Shown: positions 63,563 through 64,000 of the stretch, one piece after another
How positions within the stretch are numbered: position 1 is the stretch's first letter
How the letters are laid out: each line of letters begins with the position of its first letter
Assembly (NCBI GenBank): GCA_051313645.2
Contig: JBNRSN020000016.1
Location: forward strand, 89,280,001 to 89,344,000
Reading direction: 5' to 3'
Source: Centroscyllium fabricii
Taxonomy: Eukaryota
Length of the DNA: 64,000 nucleotides
Translations under genes and position numbers: made by a program
Notes under the pieces: model-generated
Seen by the model: the letters and a program-made list of their open reading frames with translations, nothing else
Databases searched by the model: none
What the model was told of the DNA's origin: nothing

Positions 63563-64000
63563 GGGCGGCACGGTGGCACAGTGCTTAGCACTGTTGTCTC
63601 ACAGCACTGGAGACCCGGGTTCAAATCCAGCCTCGGGTACTATCTGTGTGGAGTTTGCACATTCTCCCCGTGTCTGCGTGGGTTTCCTCCGGGTGCTCCG
63701 GTTTCCTCCCACAGTCCAAAGATGTGCGGGTTAGGTTGATTGGCCATGATAAATTGACCCTTAGTGTTAGGGGATTAGAATATGTGGGGTTACGGGGTAA
63801 ATTGACCCTTAGTGTTAGGGGGATTGAATATGTGGGGTTACGGGGATAGGGTGGGATATGTGTCGGTGCAGGCTCGAGAGGGATATGGGGGACAAAGTAG
63901 GGACAGGGTGCTGGGTTTGGATGATCAGCCATGATCTCATTGAATGGCGGAGCAGACTAGAAGGGCCGAATGGCCTACTCCTGCTCCTATATTCTATGTT
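63563..64000 (+). mobile_element. HE1-type V-SINE with a ~48-bp internal tandem duplication
   Basis: tRNA head and V domain; AAATTGACCCTTAGTGTTAGGG..GTTACGGGG twice (63751-63846); long CR1 tail. Confidence 0.9.

Overview
Vertebrate genomic DNA, almost certainly an elasmobranch (shark/ray), judged from HE1-type V-SINEs, Deu-domain SINEs and CR1/Penelope repeats. The only host protein-coding gene is SALL1 on the minus strand (3 coding exons: 49998-49926, 41214-37796, 35811-35371; about 1310 aa). It sits in a nearly transposon-free zone (~28.8-57.5 kb) flanked by heavily nested transposon arrays. The left flank holds two ~5.4 kb two-gene PIF/Harbinger elements (DDE transposase plus a spliced Myb/SANT partner, both decayed), several MITEs, Rex1, CR1 and L2 fragments, and a 35-bp minisatellite. 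The most striking observation is that three different Harbinger-type elements (4194-9650, 16583-21919, 26719-27522) are each inserted at the identical trinucleotide of a short Penelope-derived inverted repeat. That repeat carries a minimal hammerhead ribozyme motif, and the duplicated triplet is the ribozyme's NUH cleavage triplet. This suggests a DNA transposon that targets another mobile element's ribozyme. All repeat family names come from recalled consensus features, not database searches.
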